Below are positions 38,153 to 48,842 of a DNA stretch of 64,000 nucleotides, one piece after another. The notes under the pieces are model-generated. The model saw only the letters and a program-made list of their open reading frames with translations. It searched no databases and was not told the origin of the DNA. Within the stretch, counting starts at the first letter, position 1. Each line of letters opens with the position of its first letter. The stretch comes from Penicillus capitatus (Eukaryota; Plantae; Chlorophyta): assembly GCA_965649825.1 (NCBI GenBank), contig OZ287695.1:1345081-1409080 (forward strand), read 5' to 3'. Both the position numbers and the translations under genes were made by a program.

Positions 38153-38320
38153 CGTCGTCGACGCGGTGGTGCCCGTCCCGTCGTCGTCGACGCGGTGGTG
38201 CCCGTCCCGTCGTCGTCGACGCGGTGGTGCCCGTCCCGTCGTCGTCGACGCGGTGGTGCCCGTCCCGTCGTCGTCGACGCGGTGGTGCGCGTCCCGTCGT
38301 CGTCGACGCGGTGGTGCACA
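38153..38320. repeat. GC-rich 29-bp minisatellite (GTCGTCGACGCGGTGGTGCCCGTCCCGTC), ~6 copies
   Basis: ACGCGGTGG recurs at 38161, 38190, 38219, 38248, 38277, 38306. Confidence 0.97.
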
Positions 38321-38390
38321 CTAGTGGTTCTCGCGTCGTCTGTCTGTTGTTTACCCTTGCGTCGTCTGTTTTCGCGTTCGTTTGTCTAAC

Positions 38391-38849
38391 ATGGGGAGTC
38401 GCCACCAAAAGGACATGCTCGACTTACAACAGGATATACTGAGTTGTAACGAGCTCTGGGGTTTACTGCATAAGTGGCTCGGTCCCACCAAAAAACTCAG
38501 ACTCGGACAGATCACTTATTGCATTTTTCAATTGGCGAGAGGCCTTGCAAGACAAGATGCAGAACAAGGAGAAGGATCGAGTAACACCGACGGCAGACTT
38601 TCTGTCGCGTGCAGGGAAGAGTGCGAGGACCTATTTGCCGAAGCAAGAAGAACAATAGCGGAGAAAACAGCAGAGATAAATAGAACGCCCAATCCGAGAC
38701 CCAAGCTCTGCGTGTTACGCGTGTACGAAGAAGGCCTCGCTGAGCTCCATGAAAGGAGCAAAGAACTGCAAAATGCGGCAAAGTCGGTCGAAAAGGAGGT
38801 GCAAGAGTTCATTGTTTCTATTTACAGTCTTGTTGTTGGTGATGAATGA
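38391..38849 (+). CDS. Orphan intronless ORF (~152 aa, helical/coiled-coil) inside the insertion
   Basis: Uninterrupted ORF from ATG 38391; no family recognised. Confidence 0.4.
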   Translation: MGSRHQKDMLDLQQDILSCNELWGLLHKWLGPTKKLRLGQITYCIFQLARGLARQDAEQGEGSSNTDGRLSVACREECEDLFAEARRTIAEKTAEINRTPNPRPKLCVLRVYEEGLAELHERSKELQNAAKSVEKEVQEFIVSIYSLVVGDE

Positions 38850-38879
38850 CACTCTTGTTGCTGATGACACTCTTTAAGT

Positions 38880-39170
38880 TCGATTGACACTTCACGCACC
38901 TCGGATCCGATACAGATCGTGATGCGCTGGATAAGATCTGCTCGTGTCCCCGACGTTTCGAGCTTCAGTTTCTCGCACTCAGCAATCAGAGCATCCTGTC
39001 ACATCACGCATGACCCACGAGATCGCCCCCTGACCCCACGACGGCGACGAAGACAGATCTCCCAGACCTTCTTCATGCGTTGGTACGTGCGGCGATGAAA
39101 TTTGTGTGACGATGCTGTGGCATGAAGGATCAGCAGTCGACCCTTACGCCGGATTCTTTGTCTCATCGGT
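38880..39170 (-). pseudogene. Fragment of a SAP-domain-like gene
   Basis: After a TGTGACAG acceptor: DALIAECEKLKLETSGTRADLIQRI (SAP-like); no complete gene around it. Confidence 0.45.
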
Positions 39171-39309
39171 GTCCATCCCTCACTCGCCGATCGAACACGA
39201 CTGAGGGGCTTCTACAGATACCTCGTCTGAGTCCGGGGCAAAAGAGTGAGACCATTGGGGTTACGTAATGCCGAGGAGGCGTGGATCCGTGAAACGAGGA
39301 AGGAGATAG

Positions 39310-39449
39310 CATGAGCAATGCTCGAAACGCCTTTCCTGCTGCCGTGTTTAACGAGAAGGAACGCTCGGTCGATCTCTACGGTGCACGTGTGGAGACAGAC
39401 TATCGCGGATACGAGGTGTCTGTACAGAATCTCATTGGCGTGCTGACGG
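39310..39449 (+). pseudogene. GPI8: Single-exon fragment of GPI transamidase GPI8/PIG-K
   Basis: SNARNAFPAAVFNEKERSVDLYGARVETDYRGYEVSVQNLIGVLTG matches the GPI8 segment xCNARN..VEVDYRGYEV.VEN..RVLTG; flanked by AG and GT. Confidence 0.8.
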
Positions 39450-39499
39450 GTGATGCATGTCCGTTCGTGTGATGTGTGCGTGATGCACTGGCGGCGCAG

Positions 39500-40622
39500 A
39501 CGAATGTTGTCGGCATAGGGATGTGTCCAGAAGGCCTCGAACAGAATCCCATCGTCTACGAATTCACCAGCGAAGTTCCGTTCCTTCCGTCGGAACCGGA
39601 CATCGTTTCTTGGTTTCAATCCTATGCCCTCCAAAGATATGGAGGCAGAGAGTGTTCTTCTGCTGTGGCGGCGTGGAAGATGTTGAGCGAGAGTGTGTAC
39701 GAAAACACAGCCCATCGACACGAGACGGTGATGGATATTACAACTTCTCGACCTGGACTGACCCCTTCAGAAGCTTTCTGGGGACTCAAGCCTCAAATCT
39801 GGTACAATCCAAACAAGGTCCCGGCCCTGTCACATCACACAGTTCAGCAGAGAATTCGCTTCTAGGTGATCGAAGCATGGGAAGAGATGTTACATTGCCG
39901 AAAGGTCTTTGCTGGAATCTCATCTGCCGAGTACGATCTGGTGGACATCGGTCGACAGGTGCTTAGCAAACTGGCCACAAAATTTTGGAAAAACATCGAG
40001 GCAGCTTACCGAGAGAAAGACGTCAAGTCTTTCCAAGTATCTATCGCGATCGTTGTCGAAAACGTGATCGGTCTTTTGTGTGACACCAGTCGAGCGGAGA
40101 GCGTCTGTTAGAGTTGCTGCAGGACATCGATGACCTCGTCTCTTCCCATGTTGGGTTCCTGTTGGCTCCGGTTTTGCACGAAGCACGACGTATGGGATCC
40201 ACAGAGAAAGAGAAACGCATGATGGAACACAATCTCAAACTCCAGTTGACGATCTGGGGCGACTCGTCGAGGGGTGATACCGAATTGAGTGACTATGCCA
40301 ACAGGCAATGGTCTGGTCTGATTAAGTCCTTCTACAGAGAACGGTCACCCCGACTGCTGCATTCAATATGAGAAGACTGAGTGTCTGTGTGGCGTGCAGA
40401 TGGAGACTGTGGCTGGTGCGTTGTATGGAAGACCTTAAGAAGCGAAGAGCATATGATGCCCCATCGTTTGTCAGAGATGTCATCGACTTTACGCATGAGT
40501 GGATCGCATCCGACAATCTCCACACCTTTTCTTCGGAAGCGAGGGGGAATCCATGGGTCCTGTCGGAGAGGCTATTGAGAAAATACAAGGAGGAAGCGTG
40601 GGTGTTAGAAATGAATATTTAA
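39500..40622 (+). pseudogene. NAGLU: 3' half of alpha-N-acetylglucosaminidase (GH89), introns retained, 5' half missing
   Basis: VGIGMCPEGLEQNPIVYE, YALQRYG, AAWKMLSESVY, YDLVDIGRQVLSKLA, LQLTIWGD, DYANRQWSGLIKSFY. Confidence 0.85.
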
Positions 40623-40641
40623 TGTAGAGGTGTTGTGGACA

Positions 40642-41470
40642 ATGCAGAGATTGAGACGACTGCTGTGTCTCTGGGGGAATGCCGAATACGGACGCCTTGG
40701 ATTGGGCGACGGCGCAGGGGGCAAAATGCTCCCGCACATCTGCGAACCCGTCAAAAACCCTGAGAGCGTCGCATGCGGCGCAGCACATACGGTTGTTCTG
40801 ACGGGTGTGACCCCTCTCCTCGGCCAGTCAGCCTCCTGCCAACGCCCTTTTCAGATTCTGGCGACGTTTGGAGCTTCGGTCTCAATACAGACGGCCAATT
40901 GGGTCAGTCTTCGGCAAAAGAGGCTGTCTGGGTCCGTCGTCCTTCAACAGGAGCATTTGGACGTGAGGGGAAATGCAGGTACCCGTTAGGGTCGAGATCC
41001 CGGAACCGGTAAAGAAAATCGCCGCAGGACATTTGCATACACTTTGCCTGACAAGTCACACATTTCGTCGAACCTCACTCTTTTAAGCCGTCCACTCTCT
41101 CAGGATCCGGAGCTGTTTGGGCGTTTGGATCAAATACTTATGGCCAGTTGGGAATTGGACACAAGATCTTTCCCAAGACGTCGCCCTCGCCAATAAAACT
41201 CAAAGATTTCAAAGGTCTCACTCCAACAACGGATGTCACATCAAGCCGCGTCTCTTCAGGAGTGGACATCTGCTGTGGGGCTATGCATTCTTTGGGCTTG
41301 AGCGCATCTGGAGATGTCTACTCGTGGGGATCGAATCAACAGGGACAGCTTGGGCATCCCAGCAGTCCATCCACCCTTTCCCGCTTCATTCCAAAGTCTG
41401 TCTGTGTAGAGCTGTTCGATTCTCCGAAAACCTTCACATTCAGGAACCCAGATGCCCGACCGGGTGAGGT
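40642..41470 (+). pseudogene. 5' part of an RCC1-repeat gene, introns retained, truncated
   Basis: LWGNAEYGRLGLG, VACGAAHTVVLT, VWSFGLNTDGQLG, ICCGAMHSLGLSASGDVYSWGSNQQGQLG; breaks off at ~41470. Confidence 0.8.
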
Positions 41471-42101
41471 CTACTCTTGGAGGGGCTAGGAGTTTCCTGG
41501 CTTCTTCGCGAGCTTGTTTAACTGGTTCTGGAGTTTTCCTCCGATTGGGAGGGTCGTCCCATGGGCTGCGCCGTGCTCTGTCGCGGTTGGACTTCTTGCG
41601 TGTTGGTGGGATTGGGATGCGTTCTTCTGCTTATCTGGGTGGCGGTTGGGTCATGAGTGCAATTCTTAGACTTCCGATTAGTCCTTCTAGCATAAGAGCT
41701 GCGGCGTTAAGAGGGGTATCGACGTCACCGTCTTCTTTCGTCAGCGCAGCTTGCGCTTTTTCGACTTCCGTCGTGGCTTTGATGAGCCTTCGAAGAGCTA
41801 GATCGACCGGAGAGATGTCGCTGGTGAGCTCTAATTGTCGCTCGTTGACGCCAGTTGTCGTCGGTTGGGGTTCTTCGGTACCTTCTTTCCTGTGCGTCTC
41901 GCAGAAAGCTTGAAGTAGACGTCGTAGATCGTCTACCGTTGTCTTTTTTTTAAAGCCGTCGACGCCTAGCTTCTGGCACCAGGTACGGATGGATGCGAGC
42001 TTGCCATCTTTGATTTCGCGGTCCGTAGGCAACGAAACTGCCTCATGGCAGCGACGCGCCTTGGCGGTGGATGAGCTGGATCCGTTCGCCGGAGAGCTCA
42101 T
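41470..42101 (-). pseudogene. Transposon ORF1-like fragment (helical HeH/SAP-like N-terminus) with an internal stop at 41631
   Basis: 156-aa ORF from ATG 42101; same frame stays open past the TAA (AEERIPIPPTRKKSNRDRARRSPW..) until the RCC1 fragment; family assignment is inference. Confidence 0.4.
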
Positions 42102-42126
42102 TGTACAGCAAAAAGATCACACTAAT

Positions 42127-43090
42127 ACATGTATGTAGAGTTGCCTTCTCTGTCAAGCTCACGAGCACATGGGGCTGCTTTGGTGGTGAACATGTTCAAA
42201 TGGTGATATCCGTATGCTCTGAGCGGTCGAATGTGGTGGAGAAGCTCAACAACATGTATGTAGAGTTGCATCCTCCGTCAAGCTCACAAGCACATGGGGC
42301 TGCATTGGGCGTTGAACATGTTCAAATGGAGAAACCCGGCCCATGGCCTAAAAATAAAAGCGGTCCAATGTGGTGGAGAAGCTCAACGACAGAACGGGTA
42401 TGTAGCACATGGGGCTGCTTGGGTGGTGAACATGTTCAAATGGAGAAATCAGTATGCTCTGAGCGGTCCAATGTGAGTGGAGAATCACCCCAACATGTAT
42501 GTAGAGTTGCATCCTCCGTCAAGCTCACAAGCACATTGGGCTGCATTGGGTGGTGAACATGTTCAAATGGTGAAATCCGTATGCTCTGAGCGGTCGAATG
42601 TGGTGGAGAAGCTCAACAACATGTATGTAGAGTTGCCTTCTCCGTCAAGCTCACGAGCACATGGGGCTGCATTGGGTGCAAAACATGTTCAAATGGAGAA
42701 ATCCGTATGCTTATAGCGGTCGAATGTGGTGGAGAAGCTCAACAACATGTATGTAGAGTTGCCTTCTCCGTCAAGCTCACGAGCACATGGGGCTGCATTG
42801 GGTGCAAAACATGTTCAAATGGTGATATCCGTATGCTCTGAGCGGTCGAATGTGGTGGAGAAGCTCAACGACAGAACGGGTATGTAGCACATGGGGCTGC
42901 ATTGGGCGTTGAACATGTTCAAATGGTGATATACGTATGCTCTGAGCGGTCGAATGTGAGAAATCAGTATGCTGTGAGCGGTCTAATGTGAGAAATCAGT
43001 ATGCTGTGAGCGGTCTAATGTGAGTGGAGAATCTCACCAACCGGTATGTAGAGTAAGCCCTGAGCAGTCCAATGCGAGAAATCAGTACTG
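42127..43090. repeat. Tandem satellite array 2 (same family and orientation as array 1), ~7 units ending in 31-bp sub-repeats
   Basis: Same unit sequence; ends with GTGAGAAATCAGTATGCTGTGAGCGGTCTAAT repeats. Confidence 0.97.
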
Positions 43091-43225
43091 CGGCCTCGAA
43101 AAGGGGGGTAGCCTTGCTGCAACCCGGCCCACGGGCCTCAAAGGGGGGTAGGCTTGCTGCAACCCGGCCCACGGGCCTCAAGAGGGGGGGTAAGGCTTGC
43201 TGTAACCCGGCCCTCGGGCCTCCAA
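43091..43225. repeat. ~40-bp G-tract minisatellite, 3 copies
   Basis: GGCCTCAAAGGGGGGTAGGCTTGCTGCAACCCGGCCCACG-like unit repeated. Confidence 0.9.
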
Positions 43226-43271
43226 CAGCAGCAAGACATCGGGTAGGTAATCCATGACGGCCTCCAGGTTT

Positions 43272-43640
43272 CCAGCCTCCACCGAGATTGACAGAAAGTA
43301 TAGGCCGCCTCCAGCCTCCACCGAGATTGACAGAAAGTATAGGCCGCCTCCAGCCTCCACTGAGATTGACAGAAAGTATAGGCCGCCTCCAGCCTCCACT
43401 GAGATTGACAGAAAGTATAGGCCGCCTCCAGCCTCCACTGAGATTGACAGAAAGTATAGGCCGCCTCCAGCCTCCACTGAGATTGACAGACAGTATTACA
43501 GCTTCCAGCCTCCACTGAGTTTGACAGATAGACAGTATTACAGCTTCCAGCCTCCACTGAGTTTGACAGATAGACAGTATTACAGCTTCCAGCCTCCACT
43601 GAGTTTGACAGATAGACAGTATTGCAGCTTCCAGCCTCCA
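43272..43640. repeat. 39-bp then 42-bp minisatellite (CCAGCCTCCA core, 10 copies)
   Basis: Core starts at 43272, 43311, 43350, 43389, 43428, 43467, 43505, 43547, 43589, 43631. Confidence 0.95.
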
Positions 43641-43868
43641 AATAAACAACAGCTAACACAAGGCTAACCACAACAAAGCGGAGGTGGAATGGCAGTGAGA
43701 CACGACAAGAAAGAAAACAGCCCCCATTGGTCTTTTTTTTATTTTATTTTTTCTCACACTTAAAAAAGATGTGAGATTACAGACAGAGGAAAAAAGTTTT
43801 TGTTCTTTTACTGATTTTTGTTACCCCCCGAGAAAACAGCTTGCAGAAAAAACTCTAGAGATCGGCCC

Positions 43869-45058
43869 CTAATTCATGCTAATTCTCAACAGAAACCTGC
43901 AGAACAAACAGAGCATGAGAGAGACTAAAGAGGTGAGTGGCTTGCTTACACACTGAAATGACATAAAGAACAGTCGTTGCGGGATGACTGGGGGGCAGAT
44001 GGCGATGCACTGGCCCGACATAAAAAACGGACGGGGAGGGAATCCAGGTCGTCTGACCGGAAAAATTGAGTTGCGGGGAGGGATGGGGGGCAGTTGCCGG
44101 AGGGAAAAAAGTGATGTCCGCTGAGGGAAAGGAGATGGACGAGCCGCGAGGGAGAAAAAGCACAAGCGAGAAGGAATTATTGGGGCAGGCGAGGCAGGAA
44201 TGCAAAACACAGCCGGCCGTGGAGGGAACAGAGGAACTCGGTCATGCTGCACAGAGGACGGGGAGAAAACGGGCTGTGGACAAGAAACTGGGACCCACTC
44301 CATGTGAGGAGACTCGACAGGATTGGCGGCTAAAGGCTGGACAGGCGGCGTGGCTGGCGAAGCAGGCGACCACTCCATGACCGTCGGCTGGACAGGCTGC
44401 CAGGCAGGAGGAGCGGCCTGCTGCGTGGTCGGCGGCGGCGCTGCTGGCTGGGTGGGCGGTGGAGGTGCGGCCGTCTGGCGGCTTGGAGGCGGTGCGGCAG
44501 GCTCGGAGGCCGGCTGGGAGACTGCAGGTGGCGGCGATGCAGGGCGCGCAGGTAGCGGCGGAGCAGCAGGCTGGCCCTGTTGGGCCAGTCGCGCTCTCCT
44601 GTCCTCTGAGGACAGGACCCTCGCCCGCCGCACAGGCCGCGGCTGTGGGGTATGGACCCTATTGGGTCCAAACTGCACAGGAGGGGTCTGTGCATCGAGA
44701 TGCACTTGACCCCTCTGGGCAGTTGTTCGGGATTTTAAATCCCAATACAACTCCCTACGCGTGGCCTCGTCCATTCTCTCGAAGGCCCTGGGCGGGTGAC
44801 TTCCCAGGACCTCCCTCAACGTAACCTGGTCGAAGCTGGGAACACACAATGGTTAGAGATCAGTCGAAGAAGAGTTCGTCGAAACGTCGTGCGCTGCAGA
44901 GCTTCTCGACTGCAGCCGGACGCATGCGTGTTCATGAAGAATGTCCAGCCGCAGTCGAAAGGCTCTGTAGCGCGCGACGCGTCGACGAATGGGCACAGGA
45001 CTCACGGTCTGCCAGGATATCCGTAGTCTTCTTCTGTGAACATGCGTGCGTCGGCCAT
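43869..45058 (-). CDS. Orphan Pro/Ala/Gln-rich protein with a 170-nt first intron
   Basis: MADARMFTEEDYGYPGRP spliced (GTGAGT at 45005, CTAAC branch, TTCCCAG at 44836) in frame to FDQVTLREVLGSHPP.. of ORF 43869-44849; C-terminal part may contain further introns. Confidence 0.6.
44875..44989. other. Imperfect 47-bp inverted repeat (hairpin, 21-nt loop) inside an intron
   Basis: Arm 44875-44921 vs reverse complement of 44943-44989: 39/47 identical, no gaps. Confidence 0.9.
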
Positions 45059-45139
45059 ATCTTCTTCTTTGCTTGAGCGCGCGGAAAACAAGAAGGAGTT
45101 CGAACAATTTGACAGTGCGGAAGGGTCTGTGACACGACC

Positions 45140-45145
45140 TTTATA
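45140..45145 (-). promoter_or_regulatory. TATA box candidate of the Pro-rich gene
   Basis: TATAAA on the minus strand in GC-rich context ~80 nt upstream of ATG 45058. Confidence 0.5.
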
Positions 45146-47861
45146 GGCCGCCTCGGTTGCCGAGCGCGGCCGCGGGTGGCGGTTGGGAACCGTGACCGTT
45201 TGGCGGCGCTGCATGCGCCGCCGCACAGAGGAATGGCTGCCAGAGTGACAGAAACTCAGCATGCTGTCGTCTAGCAGCGCGACGCGGGCGGAAGAGCGTT
45301 CTGGAAGCTCCACAGAGTGTTTTACAGTCGAAGTGCTTTACAACATGTCCCGTGTGCTGTCCTCTAGGTGTAACTCGCGACGCACTTTCCGCGTCCGTTG
45401 CGACGCAATCTCAGAACGGCGAACCGCTCGAGCCAGCTCCGCGTTGCCTGGCCAGAGGAACTCGGCGGGCGTTCTCTTTCGCAGGAGCGGAACGGACTGT
45501 GCGTCTGGACGGCCGTCTGTTTCGGGCGTTTCCGTCCAAACGCCGTCGACAGGGCGATCTGCGCGGTGTAACGCTAATCGGTTCCATGAACTGTCGACGG
45601 CCCTAACTCTCTCGAACATGGAAGGCGGAACGGAACGGTCGATCTTCAGCGACGACCAGACGGCCCCGGAACCATAGTTTCAGTTCAAGTTCGCTCGCGG
45701 CATCCAGTGCTACGGCAGTCCTCGACCGCTCTGGCCAGTGAAAGCCAATCGCGTATTGCATCGGCTGTGCGAGAAATGCTGCTCCTTCTGCGAAGCCGTC
45801 GACGACTTGCTTTGGCCCAAGACAGCATGAGAAGCGGCGGCGACTGGAAGACAGAGTGCCGCAAGATCTGGATCTCGCTGTGGTGCTGCAACGACTCAGG
45901 GAGCGAGCGATCTGTGCTTTAGTTGATGTCTACATGACATGGCAGAACAAGCCAGTAAGTATCATTGCAGCAGTAGGGAGAAATGGACCAGTTGCTCTGC
46001 ACGCAGACATGGATCTGGAGAGATGCATTTCGGGCACTGATTGGTGTAACCCTACGTGTTGTTTGGAATACACATCTGTTCACGCAGTCTTTCGATGTTG
46101 ATGCCAGTGTCCTCTTCCAGCAGTGGGCTGAGATCCCCAAAATTCTTTAATAGTTCTCAGCGCTGAGCCCAGGAACGGCTTTACGGTGGCAGTCATGGAG
46201 ACTGGGCAATATAGAATACGTCATGCGAGTGCTCTCAGAACATCGTACGGACAAAGATGATGATCATCTGTCTCTCGTAGCGCCGCCTGTAAGAATGACT
46301 GCTGTCTCGAAACGGTACTACGATCGATCTGCTGGATCTCGTCCATCTCTCTGCCAATCCGTTCCTTTGCCGCAGAAATGCAGACATCGGCATGTCCCCC
46401 CAGAGGGATCAGACCAATTAAGCTGGCCACGATTACATGGACCGATCGCGACTCGCCGGAAGAACAGTGACAGTTGATCGTGGACGCACGTCGAGGGTGT
46501 TTGCTTGGATTTTGAGTGACAACGCTTGTTCGAACTGCTTACCTGCCTGTGACACACTCGCTCATTTATCTCGATGTCACTCCAAAACCTCTTTTGGATT
46601 TGGTTGACAGATTGCTATTTGCCGACAGCAGTTTCCACAGATTTAGTTTAGCGTGATCTTAGCAGACGGTAAGACACTCTTTCCTGAGGACCAAGTGCTC
46701 CACGAGACAGATGCTCAAGAACACGGATGTCGTGCATAACGCGAGTGACGTCTTTGGAGATGCATAGCGGAGAGAAAAATCACAGCATGGACGCCTTCAT
46801 GGTTAGAGGAGTTCTCTCTCACTCGTGCGTAATCCATTCACTAGTTTGATTGACGAACAATGGCAATTAGGCAAAGGGTATTGAGGCGCTGCTGTTCTCC
46901 TAAACATACAAAGCGACAAATTTGCGCCGCACGAATGAGCATGGCCGTGGGAGAATATAAGAGACATCGGTAGATCTGTGAGTTGCTTCACGCGTCACAT
47001 TGTTCGTGGAAAACGACAAGATCAGAAGGAGAGTGGACATTGCAGGTTCTCCGTTTATCCTTGGCGACGTCTTCTTAACATCAACACATCGTTGACGCTG
47101 CACTTGTTTTGTGCACAGACACATTTGTTTATCTAGCCAAAATGCGTATTCGACTCGCACTCCTGCACTCTTCTAAGATCCATAGTATGCCTCACAGCAA
47201 ATTTGACCAAGACACAAGGATGAAGGCCTTGATGTTCACTAGCATCTCCCCTTTGAATGGACACAGTTTTTTCTGTCGACACTCATCCCCAAGAAAGAGA
47301 CATATCCAGCAGTGTCGATCGAATTGAAAAGTGCGATTGATTTGTATACGCAAAATCTAAAATGAACTGAAACAGCAGTGAAAAAGTTGTAGATTACAAC
47401 GTCGAACCAGACCGTGTGAGGCCACGTCGGATTTACACTCTTCCTTCAACGTTCCAGAAAAGCTCTGTTTGCCAAGTGGGTGACAACTGTATTCAAACAC
47501 GCTGTTGGTGTCACATGCTACGTCTAGAGAATTCGCGTTCCATGTCAAACCCCGCCGAAGAGACTTTGCTAAATTCTCTCTTTGAATCGACTCTTCCGTG
47601 TGTTTGTCGGGCAATCTGTTTCAATACGCAGATCTTCACTGAACGACAGATGACATGAACTGTCCCTTTCTATATCGATTGTTGTTAGTGCCTAAGCTGA
47701 CTGGCATTCGTCACACGTCTGGGTTTTCAAATATCTTCCATGAGCTCAGACTGAGTTTAAAGAACTGCTCTGTCGCTCTCATGCAACTAGAAGACCATTA
47801 AAAGCTTACTCCACTTTCACGTAGATCAAAAAAAAAACAAACTCGCCACTGCCTCAAGAAA

Positions 47862-47982
47862 TGCCATTCAATGTAGATGTTCAGCTAGCAATGGATAACA
47901 GAACTGTACCTTACTGTAAAGATTGTTTTTGCTGCCATGCCGATTCCTGTCTTATGCATGACTGGTTCTTCTTATGACTGTT
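47862..47982 (+). repeat. Dispersed repeat; second copy at 63880-64000 (runs off the window)
   Basis: TGCCATTCAATGTAGATGTTCAGCTAGCAATGGATAA.. ~120 bp in direct orientation with a few substitutions. Confidence 0.9.
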
Positions 47983-48842
47983 TGTAGCCAGCAGACGTGA
48001 ACTGTAAAGAGAATGTGCTTTGTTGCTCTCAATAAGTTGAAAGGTCCATCCAACCTTCACTCCATCTCTTTGAAGATTCGAGAAACCTTCACATCCTCTG
48101 TTCTAAAATTCAGACCGTCTCTTCATCTACCTCTCCACAAGGATATGTCTGACCAATGTCACGATGAAATAATTAACAACTCATCAGATTTGCAGCGAGC
48201 GAGGAATATTATCTGCGTGAGTCTGCATACCCCCATGCTTCGACGACTTGTGCAATCACCCACTCGTTTAGAAAAGTGAACATGTATGTTTGATGACAGA
48301 ATCGTAAACAATATCCACATGGACAGGCACTGTCAAAGTGTTAAAGAGAATGAAGCGGACAAGGGTAAATAGCATCATATGTGACGGAGAACTAGTTGGT
48401 CGTTGAACAGCAGAGAGGACTGGCTGGTCTCAGTGACATCTACGATTCTGATTGCGTCTCCAGAGAAGAATGAAAGACCGGCAATGCTGGCAGAAGCTCG
48501 AGATGCTTTTTCTGGTTCTGTGGGTGCTTCTCAGAGATCACAAAGGTATTCAAAAGACCATCATGAACGTCAGCAATCGGTTGTATATTGTAACATGTGA
48601 ATGTCAAGAAACCCCGACGACAGCAGGTAATCTCATCCAACTACTGATGGCTTCAAACTCCTCGCTTATCTGCTTCTGTGCATCTGATATTCGTGCGCAC
48701 TGACTCCTCGACTGTCACATCAAAGAATGAGTTTGGACCTCAAAAGCGGTAGTCACTCACTTGCAGCAAACGGATTGATTCATGCAACCTGGGCAGAGAA
48801 TCTGGCGAGGCAGTTAGTGATACAGCAGCAGGTCTCCAGGGT

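Larger units (their letters stand above)
38153..42126. mobile_element. ~4-kb composite insertion splitting the satellite, carrying host gene fragments; class unresolved
   Basis: ACATGTA at 38146-38152 and 42127-42133; the satellite stops and resumes at the same unit position; interior contains truncated genes. Confidence 0.7.

Noticed and set aside
35470-38326. CACTA (En/Spm) transposon from CACTA 35470 to TAGTG 38326
   Set aside because: Only 6 nt of terminal inversion, and the 3-bp flanks differ (ACA vs GTT)
35550-38442. Many 60-200-aa ORFs in the satellite and minisatellites (also 42071-43671)
   Set aside because: They are translations of tandem repeats on both strands with no coding signature
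35505-43640. Repeat arrays as CRISPR arrays
   Set aside because: Units are contiguous tandem copies without unique spacers, there are no cas genes, and the context is eukaryotic
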